Source: Coriobacteriia bacterium (GTDB lineage: Bacteria; Actinomycetota; Coriobacteriia; Coriobacteriales; UBA8131). Taken from it: 64,000 nt of DNA. The notes below the pieces were generated by a model, which did no database searches, had not been told where the DNA came from, and saw only the letters and a list, made by a program, of their open reading frames with translations. A program made the position numbers and the translations under genes. Below, in pieces: positions 20,145 through 29,317 of the stretch. The stretch spans positions 1,109 to 65,108 of the forward strand of contig WRNE01000006.1 in the NCBI GenBank assembly GCA_009776725.1. Reading direction: 5' to 3'. How positions within the stretch are numbered: the first letter of the stretch is position 1; each line of letters opens with the position of its first letter.

Positions 20145-22244
20145 ATGGAAAACTATGTCTGGATCGGTCTAGCAGGGGCATTGCTTGCTTTGTTCTTTGC
20201 TTTTTTCCAAAGCCGCAGGGTGATGGCCTTCTCTGAGGGAAACGAGCTAATGCAAAAGATAGCGGGAGCTATCAGAATGGGGGCAAATGCTTATTTGAAG
20301 CGTCAGTACATAACCGTCTCGGTCTTTTATGCGGTGATGACTGTCATTTTGGTAATCATGGTTTTCCCGGGCTTCATCTCGCCCTTGATGCCGGTGGCTT
20401 TCTTGACAGGCGGCTTGTTCAGCATGCTTGCCGGCTATATAGGGATGCGGGTTGCGACAAACGCCAATGCCAGGACTGCCAATGCAGCCCATCAAAGCAT
20501 GAACCAAGGACTGCGGGTGGCTTTTGCCTCTGGCTCTGTCATGGGCTTTACCGTAGTGGGCTTGGGCATCCTTTATATCACTGCCTGGATCCTCGTGATG
20601 AAATGGTTTTTTCACTATGATGCAGTCATGGTCGGCCAGACCATGGTGATGTTTGGCATGGGTGCCTCGGTATTGGCTCTCTTTGCCCGTGTCGGTGGCG
20701 GCATCTTCACAAAAGCGGCTGATGTGGGTGCCGACCTGGTGGGGAAGCTGGAAGCTGAGATTCCCGAGGACGACCCGCGCAACCCGGCCGTGATAGCCGA
20801 TAATGTCGGTGACAATGTGGGCGACGTTGCCGGGATGGGCGCCGACCTATATGAAAGCTACGTGGGGGCATTGCTAGCTACTTTTGCGATCGGGGTTGCA
20901 GCAGGATATGGTTGGGAGGGTATTGTGTTGCCCATTACCATTGCTGTCTTTGGCATCTTAGCCAGCGTCTTTGGTTCGTTCTTGGTCCGCACAAAAGAAG
21001 GCGCCGACCAAAAGTCCCTGCTTCGCTCGCTGCGCACTGGGACTTATACAGCAACTATTATCTCGGCAATCGCAGCCGGCCCGATCACCTGGTGGGTCCT
21101 TCCAGAGAACTGGCTGGGGCTTTGGGTGTCTATACTTTCCGGTTTGATCGGTGGAAGCCTGATCGCCTTCTTTACTGAGTACTTCACATCATCGACATAC
21201 AAGCCCATCCAAAACCTGACAGTGGCAACCGACGCCGGCCCGGCTACAGTGATCATTGGCGGCTTGTCGCTAGGCATGCAGTCTACAGTTGCCCCGGTCC
21301 TGGTCGTTGCCGCCTCGATCCTGGTCAGCTTCTTGGCATCTGGCGGTACCTTGGAGACTAGCTCGGCGGTCTATGCGATCAGCTTTAGCAAGGGGCTGTA
21401 CGGGATCGGCTTGGCAGCTGTCGGCATGCTTTCCACCTTAGGCATTACTTTAGCCTGCGACGCTTATGGAGCGGTTGCTGACAACGCCGGCGGTATAGCT
21501 GAGATGGCTGGTCTGGGCGAAGAGGTACGCGAGCGCACAGACGCTCTAGATGCTTTAGGGAACACCACCGCCGCCACCGGCAAAGGCTTCGCTATCGGAT
21601 CGGCAGCACTGACTGCCTTGGCCTTGCTGGTGTCGTATGTCGATATTGCCTCTGCCAAGCTCGACCATGCCCCCGATTTCAGCCTGCTTAACCCCTCTGT
21701 GCTGATTGGTATATTTATTGGTAGCATGCTAGTCAATGTGTTTAGCGCCCTCACGATGAGCGCCGTGCAGCGGTCAGCCCAAAGCATCGTCAACGAAGTG
21801 CGCCGGCAGTTCTCCGAAATCACCGGCCTGCTGGAGGGCACTGCCGACCCGGACTACGAGACATGCGTCGACCTTTGCACAAAAAGCGCGCTGCGGGAGA
21901 TGGTCCTGCCCTCGCTCCTAGGCATTATCGTGCCCATACTGACCGGGCTGGTTGTCGGCGTCGAGGGAGTCGTTGGGCTTTTGGGCGGGGCGACAGTGGT
22001 TGGCTTTACAATGGCCAACTTCATGTCCAACGCCGGTGGCGCCTGGGACAACCTGAAAAAATACATTGCCGCCGGTAACCATGGAGGCAAGGGCAGCGAA
22101 AACCACAAGGCAGCTGTGATTGGCGACACTGTGGGGGATCCTTTTAAAGACACCTCCGGCCCCAGCTTGAATATCCTGATCAAGCTGGTCTCAACCGTGT
22201 CAATCGTCTTCTCGGGAGTCATCGTGAGCTTCTCCATATTTTAA
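20145..22244 (+). CDS. hppA: Membrane-integral ion-translocating pyrophosphatase, K+-dependent, Na+-pumping type
   Basis: [20 protein letters not shown] and [10 protein letters not shown]; GNTTAA (Ala marks K+ dependence); DLYESY (Glu placement of Na+-type enzymes). Confidence 0.96.
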   Translation: MENYVWIGLAGALLALFFAFFQSRRVMAFSEGNELMQKIAGAIRMGANAYLKRQYITVSVFYAVMTVILVIMVFPGFISPLMPVAFLTGGLFSMLAGYIGMRVATNANARTANAAHQSMNQGLRVAFASGSVMGFTVVGLGILYITAWILVMKWFFHYDAVMVGQTMVMFGMGASVLALFARVGGGIFTKAADVGADLVGKLEAEIPEDDPRNPAVIADNVGDNVGDVAGMGADLYESYVGALLATFAIGVAAGYGWEGIVLPITIAVFGILASVFGSFLVRTKEGADQKSLLRSLRTGTYTATIISAIAAGPITWWVLPENWLGLWVSILSGLIGGSLIAFFTEYFTSSTYKPIQNLTVATDAGPATVIIGGLSLGMQSTVAPVLVVAASILVSFLASGGTLETSSAVYAISFSKGLYGIGLAAVGMLSTLGITLACDAYGAVADNAGGIAEMAGLGEEVRERTDALDALGNTTAATGKGFAIGSAALTALALLVSYVDIASAKLDHAPDFSLLNPSVLIGIFIGSMLVNVFSALTMSAVQRSAQSIVNEVRRQFSEITGLLEGTADPDYETCVDLCTKSALREMVLPSLLGIIVPILTGLVVGVEGVVGLLGGATVVGFTMANFMSNAGGAWDNLKKYIAAGNHGGKGSENHKAAVIGDTVGDPFKDTSGPSLNILIKLVSTVSIVFSGVIVSFSIF

Positions 22245-22380
22245 TGTGGAGAAGGACGCGCTGTCTAAACCAAATAGAAAGCCGGTTTTTCCTGTCAGTC
22301 CAAACAAGCCTTGTCTTGCCCGATTGTCAGGCTATGTTGTATCATAGCGGTTCATGTTTTAACGTTTAAGGAGTTAGGCT

Positions 22381-22629
22381 TTGAGTCCTTTATTAATTAC
22401 AGTTTTAGTCATCTGGGCAATTTCCGGCGTCGGATTGATCATTTTCGTGCTTTTGCATTCCGGCAAGGGCACGGGGCTTTCTGACGTGATTGCCGGCCAA
22501 GTCTACAACAGCCCGGTGGGGTCTGGGATTATCGAGAAGAACCTGAACCGTATCACCATCACTTTAGCGATAATCTTCTTCATCACCTTGCTGGTTTTAA
22601 TGCTTCTTTATCCAAAGGGAACTATCTAG
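22381..22629 (+). CDS. secG: Preprotein translocase subunit SecG
   Basis: Two TM helices flanking LLHSGKGTGLS...EKNLNRIT; adjacent to tRNA-Leu(GAG). Confidence 0.93.
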   Translation: MSPLLITVLVIWAISGVGLIIFVLLHSGKGTGLSDVIAGQVYNSPVGSGIIEKNLNRITITLAIIFFITLLVLMLLYPKGTI

Positions 22630-22656
22630 TAGTTCGCAGGCTGCATCATTCGTCGT

Positions 22657-22744
22657 GTCGGAGTGGTGGAAATGGCAGACACGCTAGCTTGAGGTGCTAG
22701 TGCTCGTAACGGGTGTGCGGGTTCAAATCCCGCCTCCGACACCA
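22657..22744 (+). tRNA. tRNA-Leu(GAG)
   Basis: Acceptor stem GTCGGAG/CTCCGAC, anticodon arm CTAGC-TTGAGGT-GCTAG, long variable arm, GTTCAAATC T-loop, encoded CCA. Confidence 0.97.
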
Positions 22745-22761
22745 ACAAGAACGGTAATCGC

Positions 22762-23469
22762 ATGACTATCAAAGCGGTTTTTTTCGATGCCGGGCAGACT
22801 TTGGTACATCCCGTGCCAGATGGAGCCGGCTTTAGCGCGGTGGGCCGTGAGCTGGGCTTTGAGATCAGCTGGGAGGCGATCTCTGCGTCGAATTCCCAAA
22901 TGTATGCGCGTTACAACGAGTACTACGAAAACGATCCGAGCTTTTGGGACGACCAAAGCCGGGCGCGTGCTGTATGGGTAGACGCCTACACCCTGCTTTA
23001 CCAGTTGCTTGGGACTGGGGACAAGGCTCTGCAACTGGCGAATATGGCCTATGACTTCTATTTCAACCCTGGTGCCTGGTATGCCTATGAGGATGTGGAG
23101 AAGAACTTGGCTGACCTCTCTGCCCGAGGCTTGAAGCTAGGCTTGATCTCTAACTGGGACAAGTCGCTCGTTCCAGTGATGAGGGATCTAGGGCTAGATC
23201 AATATTTTACTATAATGATATCTTCTACCGACGTCGGCATGCACAAGCCAGACGCTGCCATATTCCACTATGCCTTAGGCCAGCTAGACGTTTTGCCACA
23301 AGAGGCCATACATGTCGGAGACCATCTGACAGCCGATGTCCAAGGCGCTTTAGACGCCGGCCTTCACGCTGTCTACATTGACCGCTATGAAAGCCATCCA
23401 GAATACGGCTTGGCACCGCGCATCGAGCTGCTTGACCCCTTGTTAGGCATCATCGAGCAGCTTGACTGA
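22762..23469 (+). CDS. HAD-IA family hydrolase
   Basis: FFDAGQTL, LISNWD, KPDAAIF, HVGDHLTADV.GA. Confidence 0.9.
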   Translation: MTIKAVFFDAGQTLVHPVPDGAGFSAVGRELGFEISWEAISASNSQMYARYNEYYENDPSFWDDQSRARAVWVDAYTLLYQLLGTGDKALQLANMAYDFYFNPGAWYAYEDVEKNLADLSARGLKLGLISNWDKSLVPVMRDLGLDQYFTIMISSTDVGMHKPDAAIFHYALGQLDVLPQEAIHVGDHLTADVQGALDAGLHAVYIDRYESHPEYGLAPRIELLDPLLGIIEQLD

Positions 23470-23517
23470 GCCAATAGAGCCTATAGCAGCCTTCGCCAAG
23501 CGACCAAATACCGTTTA

Positions 23518-24063
23518 TTAGTTGAACAAGACACAGCTCACATAGGCTAGAGTGGCTGGGCCGTGGTAGTAAGGGATCTGGGCGATGTCACAGACTTCTG
23601 ACACCATCAGGCCTAAGGCTTCCATGGAGGGGAAGATCTTGTCTGGGAAGCGGCACTCAGCATCTGGATATGTGCAGTTGGGACAAATCGAGCAAGAGCC
23701 AGAGCCGACAAGCAAGACGGTCTCCCGGTCTAAGCCGGTCTCACGCACCTTGTCGACTAAGCTGTTGAAGCGCTCGCGGTGAGTCATAGCCGTTTGCAAG
23801 GTGGTGTCGAAATCGAACTCGTCCTCCATCAGGGCGACAGTTTGGAAAACAATGCCAGAGGCATATTGTTTGAACTTCTCGTTCGAGTCCTCGATCTCTC
23901 CGCAGCCAGGAGGACATGCCCAGTTCTTATTATAGGAATGGCATTTGTCGGCCGCGCACATGTCTCGGACCTCGTCGCGCGCGACAAGCCGGAGGGGGTC
24001 AAAAGTCCCTTGGAACTCAAAGCCAGACTCAGTCACCATTTGTTGCATTTGCTCGATTTGCAT
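23518..24063 (-). CDS. DUF2284 family Cys-rich metal-binding protein
   Basis: C..DKC..Y..NWACPP and GSCSICPNC......CRFP....PSMEALG motifs. Confidence 0.85.
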   Translation of the reverse strand: MQIEQMQQMVTESGFEFQGTFDPLRLVARDEVRDMCAADKCHSYNKNWACPPGCGEIEDSNEKFKQYASGIVFQTVALMEDEFDFDTTLQTAMTHRERFNSLVDKVRETGLDRETVLLVGSGSCSICPNCTYPDAECRFPDKIFPSMEALGLMVSEVCDIAQIPYYHGPATLAYVSCVLFN

Positions 24064-24101
24064 TATGTGCCTTTCTGCAGAGATGCATTGACAGTCGGTT
24101 G

Positions 24102-25628
24102 TCAGTCTTCAGGAAACATCATGTTCTCAACGAAATACTCGTTGAATTTCGGGCTGAGCGACAATTCGATATACTCGGCCAAGTCATGGATGTTTTGGGT
24201 GTCGTTCCGGGCTGCTGAGCTAAGGAGCACGGCCGAAGCACCTTCGACGGAGCTGTTCCCTATCGAGTTGGTACGGTCAAGCCAGGCTTTCGGGAAGAGG
24301 CCAAGAATAGCAGCGCTCTCTTTATTGATGTACTTGCCAAAGCCGCCAGCGATGTCTAAGTGGTCAATATCGTCGATGCCAATGCCTGCAGTGTCTAATA
24401 AGACCATCAGCCCAGAGTAGACCGCGGAGATGCCTAGCTGGATGTTCCTGATGTCCTTTTGGGTGAGATAGAGGCTTTTATCCTCAGTCAGATAAAAAAC
24501 CGACACGCCGTCTTCCTCGCCCAAGCGGTCAGCATATTTGGGACATTCGTCAGCTGAGTACAAATAGCCTGTCTCGTCGAATATGCCGTTTTTATACAGA
24601 CAAGCCGCAATGTCGATGATTCCGGTCCCACAGAGCCCTTTGGGCTCTGCCCCGCCGATTGTGTCAAACTTTAAAACACCGTCTTCTTCCCAGGCCACCG
24701 AGATGGCTCCTGGCAAAGCGGCCATGCCAAAGTGGATGTTGGCCCCTTCGAACACGGGCCCGGCAGCGGTCGCGCAGGCGATGATGCCGTTCTTATCCCC
24801 CAAAGCCATTTCCCCATTGGTGCCCAGATCGATCAAGACCTGCTTCCTTTCAGCCTTGTGCATGTCGCTCGCGATTATCCCTGCGGTAATGTCGCCGCCG
24901 ACATAGGAGGCCAGGCAGGGGGTGAACCAGACCTGGCAAGGAATGTTTAGGAGGGGCAGGTCGTGGTAGTCTCCAAATAAACTAAGAGGGGTAAAGGGGT
25001 TGACGCCGATGCTGTCTGGGGCAAGCCCTGCCGCAATGTGCTGCATGACAGTGTTGGCTGCAATGGTGAAGTCACTTATGTCGCGGCGTCTTCTGCGAGC
25101 TGTCGAGAGCAGCTCGTCTACCATTTGGTTAATGGCGTCCAGCACTGCTTCTTGCATCGCCTCCAGCTTGCCGTCGACACTGGCGTCGATGCGGCTGATC
25201 ACGTCCGCTCCCCAGACTGCCTGGGGGTTGATCCTCGCAGCAGATGCCAGCAAGCTGCCGTCAGAACGGTCGAACAGACGACAGGCCAATGTAGTCGTAC
25301 CGATATCGAGCGCTATGCCCAGGCCAGTCAAGCCGGTATCGGGGACATAGCTAGACACCAAGGCGTCTTCTTCGATAATCATCGTCTGGGGGCCTGCTAG
25401 CTCTATGATCATTTGGTCGCTGACATGGGTGCGGCAAGCTAGCCGCAACCCGCTGATACCGCCTTCGTGCACATAGACCATGCACTTACCGCAGGTCCCG
25501 TTGCCCCCGCATGTCGCTGAGATCACCAACTTGGCTTCTTGGATAACCTCCAGGACGGTTTTTTCAGAGTCCGCCTCAACTAGCAGCTCGTCGTCTTCTG
25601 TTCTGATTGTGATTTGGTATGTGGACAT
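24102..25628 (-). CDS. ASKHA-type ATP-dependent corrinoid reductive activator (RACo/RamA-like) with N-terminal 2Fe-2S domain
   Basis: CGGNGTCGKC...RLAC, ALDIGTTT, GADVISRI, IDLGTNGE, AAGPVFEG, GLCGTG, AGGFG; start at 25628 after AAGGAG. Confidence 0.92.
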   Translation of the reverse strand: MSTYQITIRTEDDELLVEADSEKTVLEVIQEAKLVISATCGGNGTCGKCMVYVHEGGISGLRLACRTHVSDQMIIELAGPQTMIIEEDALVSSYVPDTGLTGLGIALDIGTTTLACRLFDRSDGSLLASAARINPQAVWGADVISRIDASVDGKLEAMQEAVLDAINQMVDELLSTARRRRRDISDFTIAANTVMQHIAAGLAPDSIGVNPFTPLSLFGDYHDLPLLNIPCQVWFTPCLASYVGGDITAGIIASDMHKAERKQVLIDLGTNGEMALGDKNGIIACATAAGPVFEGANIHFGMAALPGAISVAWEEDGVLKFDTIGGAEPKGLCGTGIIDIAACLYKNGIFDETGYLYSADECPKYADRLGEEDGVSVFYLTEDKSLYLTQKDIRNIQLGISAVYSGLMVLLDTAGIGIDDIDHLDIAGGFGKYINKESAAILGLFPKAWLDRTNSIGNSSVEGASAVLLSSAARNDTQNIHDLAEYIELSLSPKFNEYFVENMMFPED

Positions 25629-26049
25629 GATACTCCTTACATGCTTGTTATAACGAAAGCCATCTAGACCAATCCTCTTAGATAAAACCAATATATCAAT
25701 TATCCTCCCTCTCCGGTAGCGATATCAGGTATGATTTTGCCGTGCCAAAAAGACCTCGGCACAGGCTTGTTCTCAAGTCTTGGCCTAAGTGACGGCCGGG
25801 TATTCGTCGGGAAACAGGCAACGTGGGTCCTGCCTCGCTTGGTTTCAATGGTGAAAGTGCAAAAATCAAAGCTATTTGTCACCGTTACGTTAAAATACTT
25901 TAGCAGCATTGTTTATAGATTCAGGTATTCGTGTACAGATTGCACATTTAAAACCAGTCCCGATTTTATCGGCTTCTTTAAGGGATAAGATAACAGCACT
26001 GATAAACGGGGAGGTTTTCCCCATCTATGTATTTCCGAAGGGAGTGCAA

Positions 26050-26679
26050 ATGGCAATTTTAGATGACATTTCGGCGGCAGTCCAAGCTGGTAAGAGGAAG
26101 GACGTCGAGGAGCTGGTACAGAAGGCAATCGATGAGGGAACATCCGCACAGGATATTCTCAACGGTGGTCTTTTGGCAGCCATGGAGATCATTGGTCCGA
26201 AGTTCAAGAACAATGAGATCTTCGTACCTGAGGTTCTGGTTGCTGCTCGCGCCATGAACGCTGGTACTGCTCTGCTGAAGCCGCTCTTGGTTGAGAGTGG
26301 TGTCAAGCCGATCGGCAAGGCCGTCATCGGTACTGTTAAGGGCGACATGCATGATATTGGCAAGAACCTTGTCCGTATGATGATCGAGGGCGCGAACGTC
26401 GATATCACCGATCTCGGTGTTGACGTTGCCCCGGAAGTCTTCGCAGACTTCGTCAAGGACAATCCAGATCTTGACCTCGTATGCTTAAGCGCTCTGCTGA
26501 CCACCACCCTGCCGAGCATGGCTGACTGCGTCAAGGCAGTCAAGGAGACTGGTGCCCCAGTGAAGATCCTTATCGGTGGCGCTCCTGTCACCCAGGAACT
26601 CGCTGACGAGCTCGGTGTCCAGGGCTATGCTCCTGATGCTGGTTCAGCTGCCGCCAAGGCTGCTGAAATGCTTGCCTAA
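26050..26679 (+). CDS. Methyltransferase-cognate corrinoid (B12-binding) protein
   Basis: Cap domain FVPEVLVAARAM, DMHDIGKNLV (DxHxxG), LSALLTTT, IGGAPVT; start at 26050 after GGGAG. Confidence 0.95.
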   Translation: MAILDDISAAVQAGKRKDVEELVQKAIDEGTSAQDILNGGLLAAMEIIGPKFKNNEIFVPEVLVAARAMNAGTALLKPLLVESGVKPIGKAVIGTVKGDMHDIGKNLVRMMIEGANVDITDLGVDVAPEVFADFVKDNPDLDLVCLSALLTTTLPSMADCVKAVKETGAPVKILIGGAPVTQELADELGVQGYAPDAGSAAAKAAEMLA

Positions 26680-26713
26680 TCAAATAGGCATTGTCATTTT
26701 AAAGCGACAATAG

Positions 26714-26744
26714 AAAAAGGCCGGGTTTTATACCCGGCCTTTTT
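26714..26744. terminator. Bidirectional intrinsic terminator between the corrinoid gene and hypE
   Basis: AAAAAGGCCGGG-N7-CCCGGCCTTTTT between convergent genes. Confidence 0.88.
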
Positions 26745-26790
26745 AAGTTGCAAGAGTCTGCCAGTCAAGCAGCTCAGAACAGGGCCGTCG

Positions 26791-27819
26791 TCAACAAATC
26801 CGCGGAAGCTGCTCGCCAACCAAGACGTCTAAGACCCTAGTTGCCCCTAATGCTGTGCGTACCCAGGCAGCCGGCATGCCTGGGGCCGGCCTGGAGCAGA
26901 CCTCTCCAATGATGGCTGCGTCTTTTCCATAAGGATGGCTTCGCATTGCTGCTATCGCAGCATCAGCCTCGTCGGCAGGGACCACGGCTACCATCTTTCC
27001 TTCATTGGCAATTTGAAAAACATCGAAGCCGAGCATTTCTGCAGCTCCCCGGACAGCGTCTTTGACCGGCACCTCGGCTTCGTCAATGACCATCGAGGTC
27101 CGGCTTTGCTCCGCTAGCTCGTTGATCGTGGAAGCCAAGCCACCACGCGTCGGGTCGCGAAAGCACCGCGTATGCGGGGCTGCCTCTAGTACTGCTGCTA
27201 CCAGCTTGTTCAATGGCGCGACATCGCTTGTGATTCCTGTGGAGAAGCCCAAGCCCTCGCGCGCGCTAATGACTGCTATGCCATGGTCGCCAATGGTTCC
27301 AGAGAGCAGGATCTTATCCCCATAACGACAATTCCTGCCACTCAGGGCCTCTCGGTTGTCCAAGACCCCGATACCAGATGAGTTGATGTAGATGCCGTCC
27401 CCGTTTCCCCTGGGCACCACTTTTGTGTCGCCAGTGACGATCATCACCTGGGCCTCCATCGCTGTCAGAGCGATCGACCGGCAGATTTTTTCGAGGTCGG
27501 CCAGCGGCAGGCCCTCTTCTAAGATGAACGACATGGACAGCCATAAGGCGATCGCCCCGGATGTCGCCAGGTCGTTGACGGTGCCGCAGACCGACAGACG
27601 GCCGATGTCGCCGCCGGGGAAGAATAGAGGGGTAATCACGAAGCTGTCGGTGGTAAAAGCCAGGTTATCGATCGAGTCAGGAACGCGAAGTATCGCACTG
27701 TCGTCTCCTGACTGGAGCTCTGACGCCCCGTAGCTAGTCACGAAATACTCGGCTATCAGCTCGCGCATCATCACGCCGCCACTGCCATGAGCCATCACGA
27801 TTTGGTCTAAACTGTCCAT
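26791..27819 (-). CDS. hypE: Hydrogenase maturation carbamoyl dehydratase HypE
   Basis: HGSGG, TTDSFV.PLFFPGGDIG, RDPTRGG and C-terminal PRIC. Confidence 0.97.
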   Translation of the reverse strand: MDSLDQIVMAHGSGGVMMRELIAEYFVTSYGASELQSGDDSAILRVPDSIDNLAFTTDSFVITPLFFPGGDIGRLSVCGTVNDLATSGAIALWLSMSFILEEGLPLADLEKICRSIALTAMEAQVMIVTGDTKVVPRGNGDGIYINSSGIGVLDNREALSGRNCRYGDKILLSGTIGDHGIAVISAREGLGFSTGITSDVAPLNKLVAAVLEAAPHTRCFRDPTRGGLASTINELAEQSRTSMVIDEAEVPVKDAVRGAAEMLGFDVFQIANEGKMVAVVPADEADAAIAAMRSHPYGKDAAIIGEVCSRPAPGMPAAWVRTALGATRVLDVLVGEQLPRIC

Positions 27820-27885
27820 AGTCCTCCCTGGTTTTTTACTGGCCACAAGCCTGGTAAAAATGGGTTTTGTCTTTATTAAAGGCGC

Positions 27886-29055
27886 CTATTTGATTCCATA
27901 ACGATAATAGGCGGCGCAAGTCCCTTCACTGGAGACCATGCAAGGTCCCAGCGGCCTTACCGGAGTGCAGGTTTTGCCAAAATGCGGGCAATCAGGTGGA
28001 GAAATGATTCCGCGAAGTATATCCCCACAACGGCAACCGCGGGCTTCGACAGTCTCTTCAACTGTCAAGCTAAAGCGTTTTAGGGCATCGAAGGCTGCGT
28101 ACTGCGGCCTAAAGGAAAGGCCGGATGCTGGAATGTGCCCTAGGCCGCGCCAGTCAGCGCCGGTAGCCACAAAGACTTGGTCGAGGCTTTGTCGGGCTTC
28201 GGGGTTGCCTTTGGGCTGTACAGCCCGGTTGTAGGCATTGCCGATGCCAATCACTGTGCCTTGCTGTTTTGCCAGCTGCTGTTCAAGCAGCATGGCTATG
28301 CCGGCGAGGATGTCTACTGGCTCGAAGCCTGTGACGACTGCAGGCAATTGGTACTCGTCGGCGATAAACCGATAAGCCTCCAAGCCTAGGATGGTGCTGA
28401 CATGTCCTGGTAAAAGCAGGCCGTCAAGTGCCAAAGCCGGATCTTGCAACAAGGCCTCAAGTGCCGGTGGGACTAGTTTAAAGGCAGCGAACACAGTGAA
28501 ATTGGCCACGCCTAGGCTAGCTGCCCTAAGTATGGTCGCTGCTACGATTGGCGAGGTTGTCTCAAACCCCACACCGATAAAGACGACTTGCCTTGCCGGC
28601 TCGGCTATAGCCAGGCTCAGGGCGTCCAGTGGGGAGTAGACCACTTTGATGTCGGCAGCAGCGGCCCGCTGGCCCTCCAGCGAGCTTGACGAGCCAGGCA
28701 CCCGCAGCATGTCGCCAAAGGTGCAGACCGTGAGGCCATCCAGCCTGGTCAGGGCGATGGCGATGTCGATGTCTGAGTTGGCTGTCACACAAACCGGGCA
28801 CCCGGGGCCAGACAGCAGGCGGATATTTGAGGGCAGCAGGGACCGGATGCCGTTCTTTGCGATAGCCATGGTATGGGTCCCGCAGACCTCCATGAGTTGA
28901 AGCGGCCTCTGATCGTTCCAACCGTATTTAGCCAGGGCTGCAGCCCTTTGCCTGATGGAGCCGATCAGCCTAGCGGCAAGTTCTGGGTTTCGGAAGTTCT
29001 TAGGGTCTCGGGCATCGAGCAGCATGTCATAGGCCCGGTCGTCTACTTGGCCCAC
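27886..29055 (-). CDS. hypD: Hydrogenase maturation protein HypD
   Basis: MEVCGTHT, GPGCPVCV, GFETT, PGHVS, GPCMVSSEGTC; probable GTG start at 29055. Confidence 0.97.
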   Translation of the reverse strand: MGQVDDRAYDMLLDARDPKNFRNPELAARLIGSIRQRAAALAKYGWNDQRPLQLMEVCGTHTMAIAKNGIRSLLPSNIRLLSGPGCPVCVTANSDIDIAIALTRLDGLTVCTFGDMLRVPGSSSSLEGQRAAAADIKVVYSPLDALSLAIAEPARQVVFIGVGFETTSPIVAATILRAASLGVANFTVFAAFKLVPPALEALLQDPALALDGLLLPGHVSTILGLEAYRFIADEYQLPAVVTGFEPVDILAGIAMLLEQQLAKQQGTVIGIGNAYNRAVQPKGNPEARQSLDQVFVATGADWRGLGHIPASGLSFRPQYAAFDALKRFSLTVEETVEARGCRCGDILRGIISPPDCPHFGKTCTPVRPLGPCMVSSEGTCAAYYRYGIK

Positions 29056-29059
29056 AGTG

Positions 29060-29290
29060 CTAGATTCCCTCTGCCAACTCCGGGAACTCCAAGAAGAGCT
29101 CGATCGTGGCCAGCGCATCGGCCTCGCTGATGACCTCTATCGCAAAACCAGCATGGACCAAGACATAGTCATCGGCCTGTACGCTCGGCACAAGGTCTAT
29201 GGCAACAGTTTTTTGCACACCTAAAATATCAACAAGCGCAGTTCGATCGGCATTGATCGATATGATAGTGGCGGGGACGGCTAAGCACAC
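29060..29290 (-). CDS. hypC: Hydrogenase chaperone HypC
   Basis: MCLAVP and YVLVHAGFAI. Confidence 0.97.
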   Translation of the reverse strand: MCLAVPATIISINADRTALVDILGVQKTVAIDLVPSVQADDYVLVHAGFAIEVISEADALATIELFLEFPELAEGI

Positions 29291-29317
29291 GAAAAATCCT
29301 TTCTGCAGACTTCGGCT

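Noticed and set aside
23779-24420. 213-aa plus-strand ORF and similar long antisense ORFs over hyp, tad and pst genes
   Set aside because: They fully overlap well-supported genes on the opposite strand, as expected in GC-richer coding DNA.
25629-26049. Cobalamin or THF riboswitch upstream of the corrinoid genes
   Set aside because: No B12-box or complete THF consensus was recognisable on either strand. The region is kept only as an unassigned hairpin cluster.
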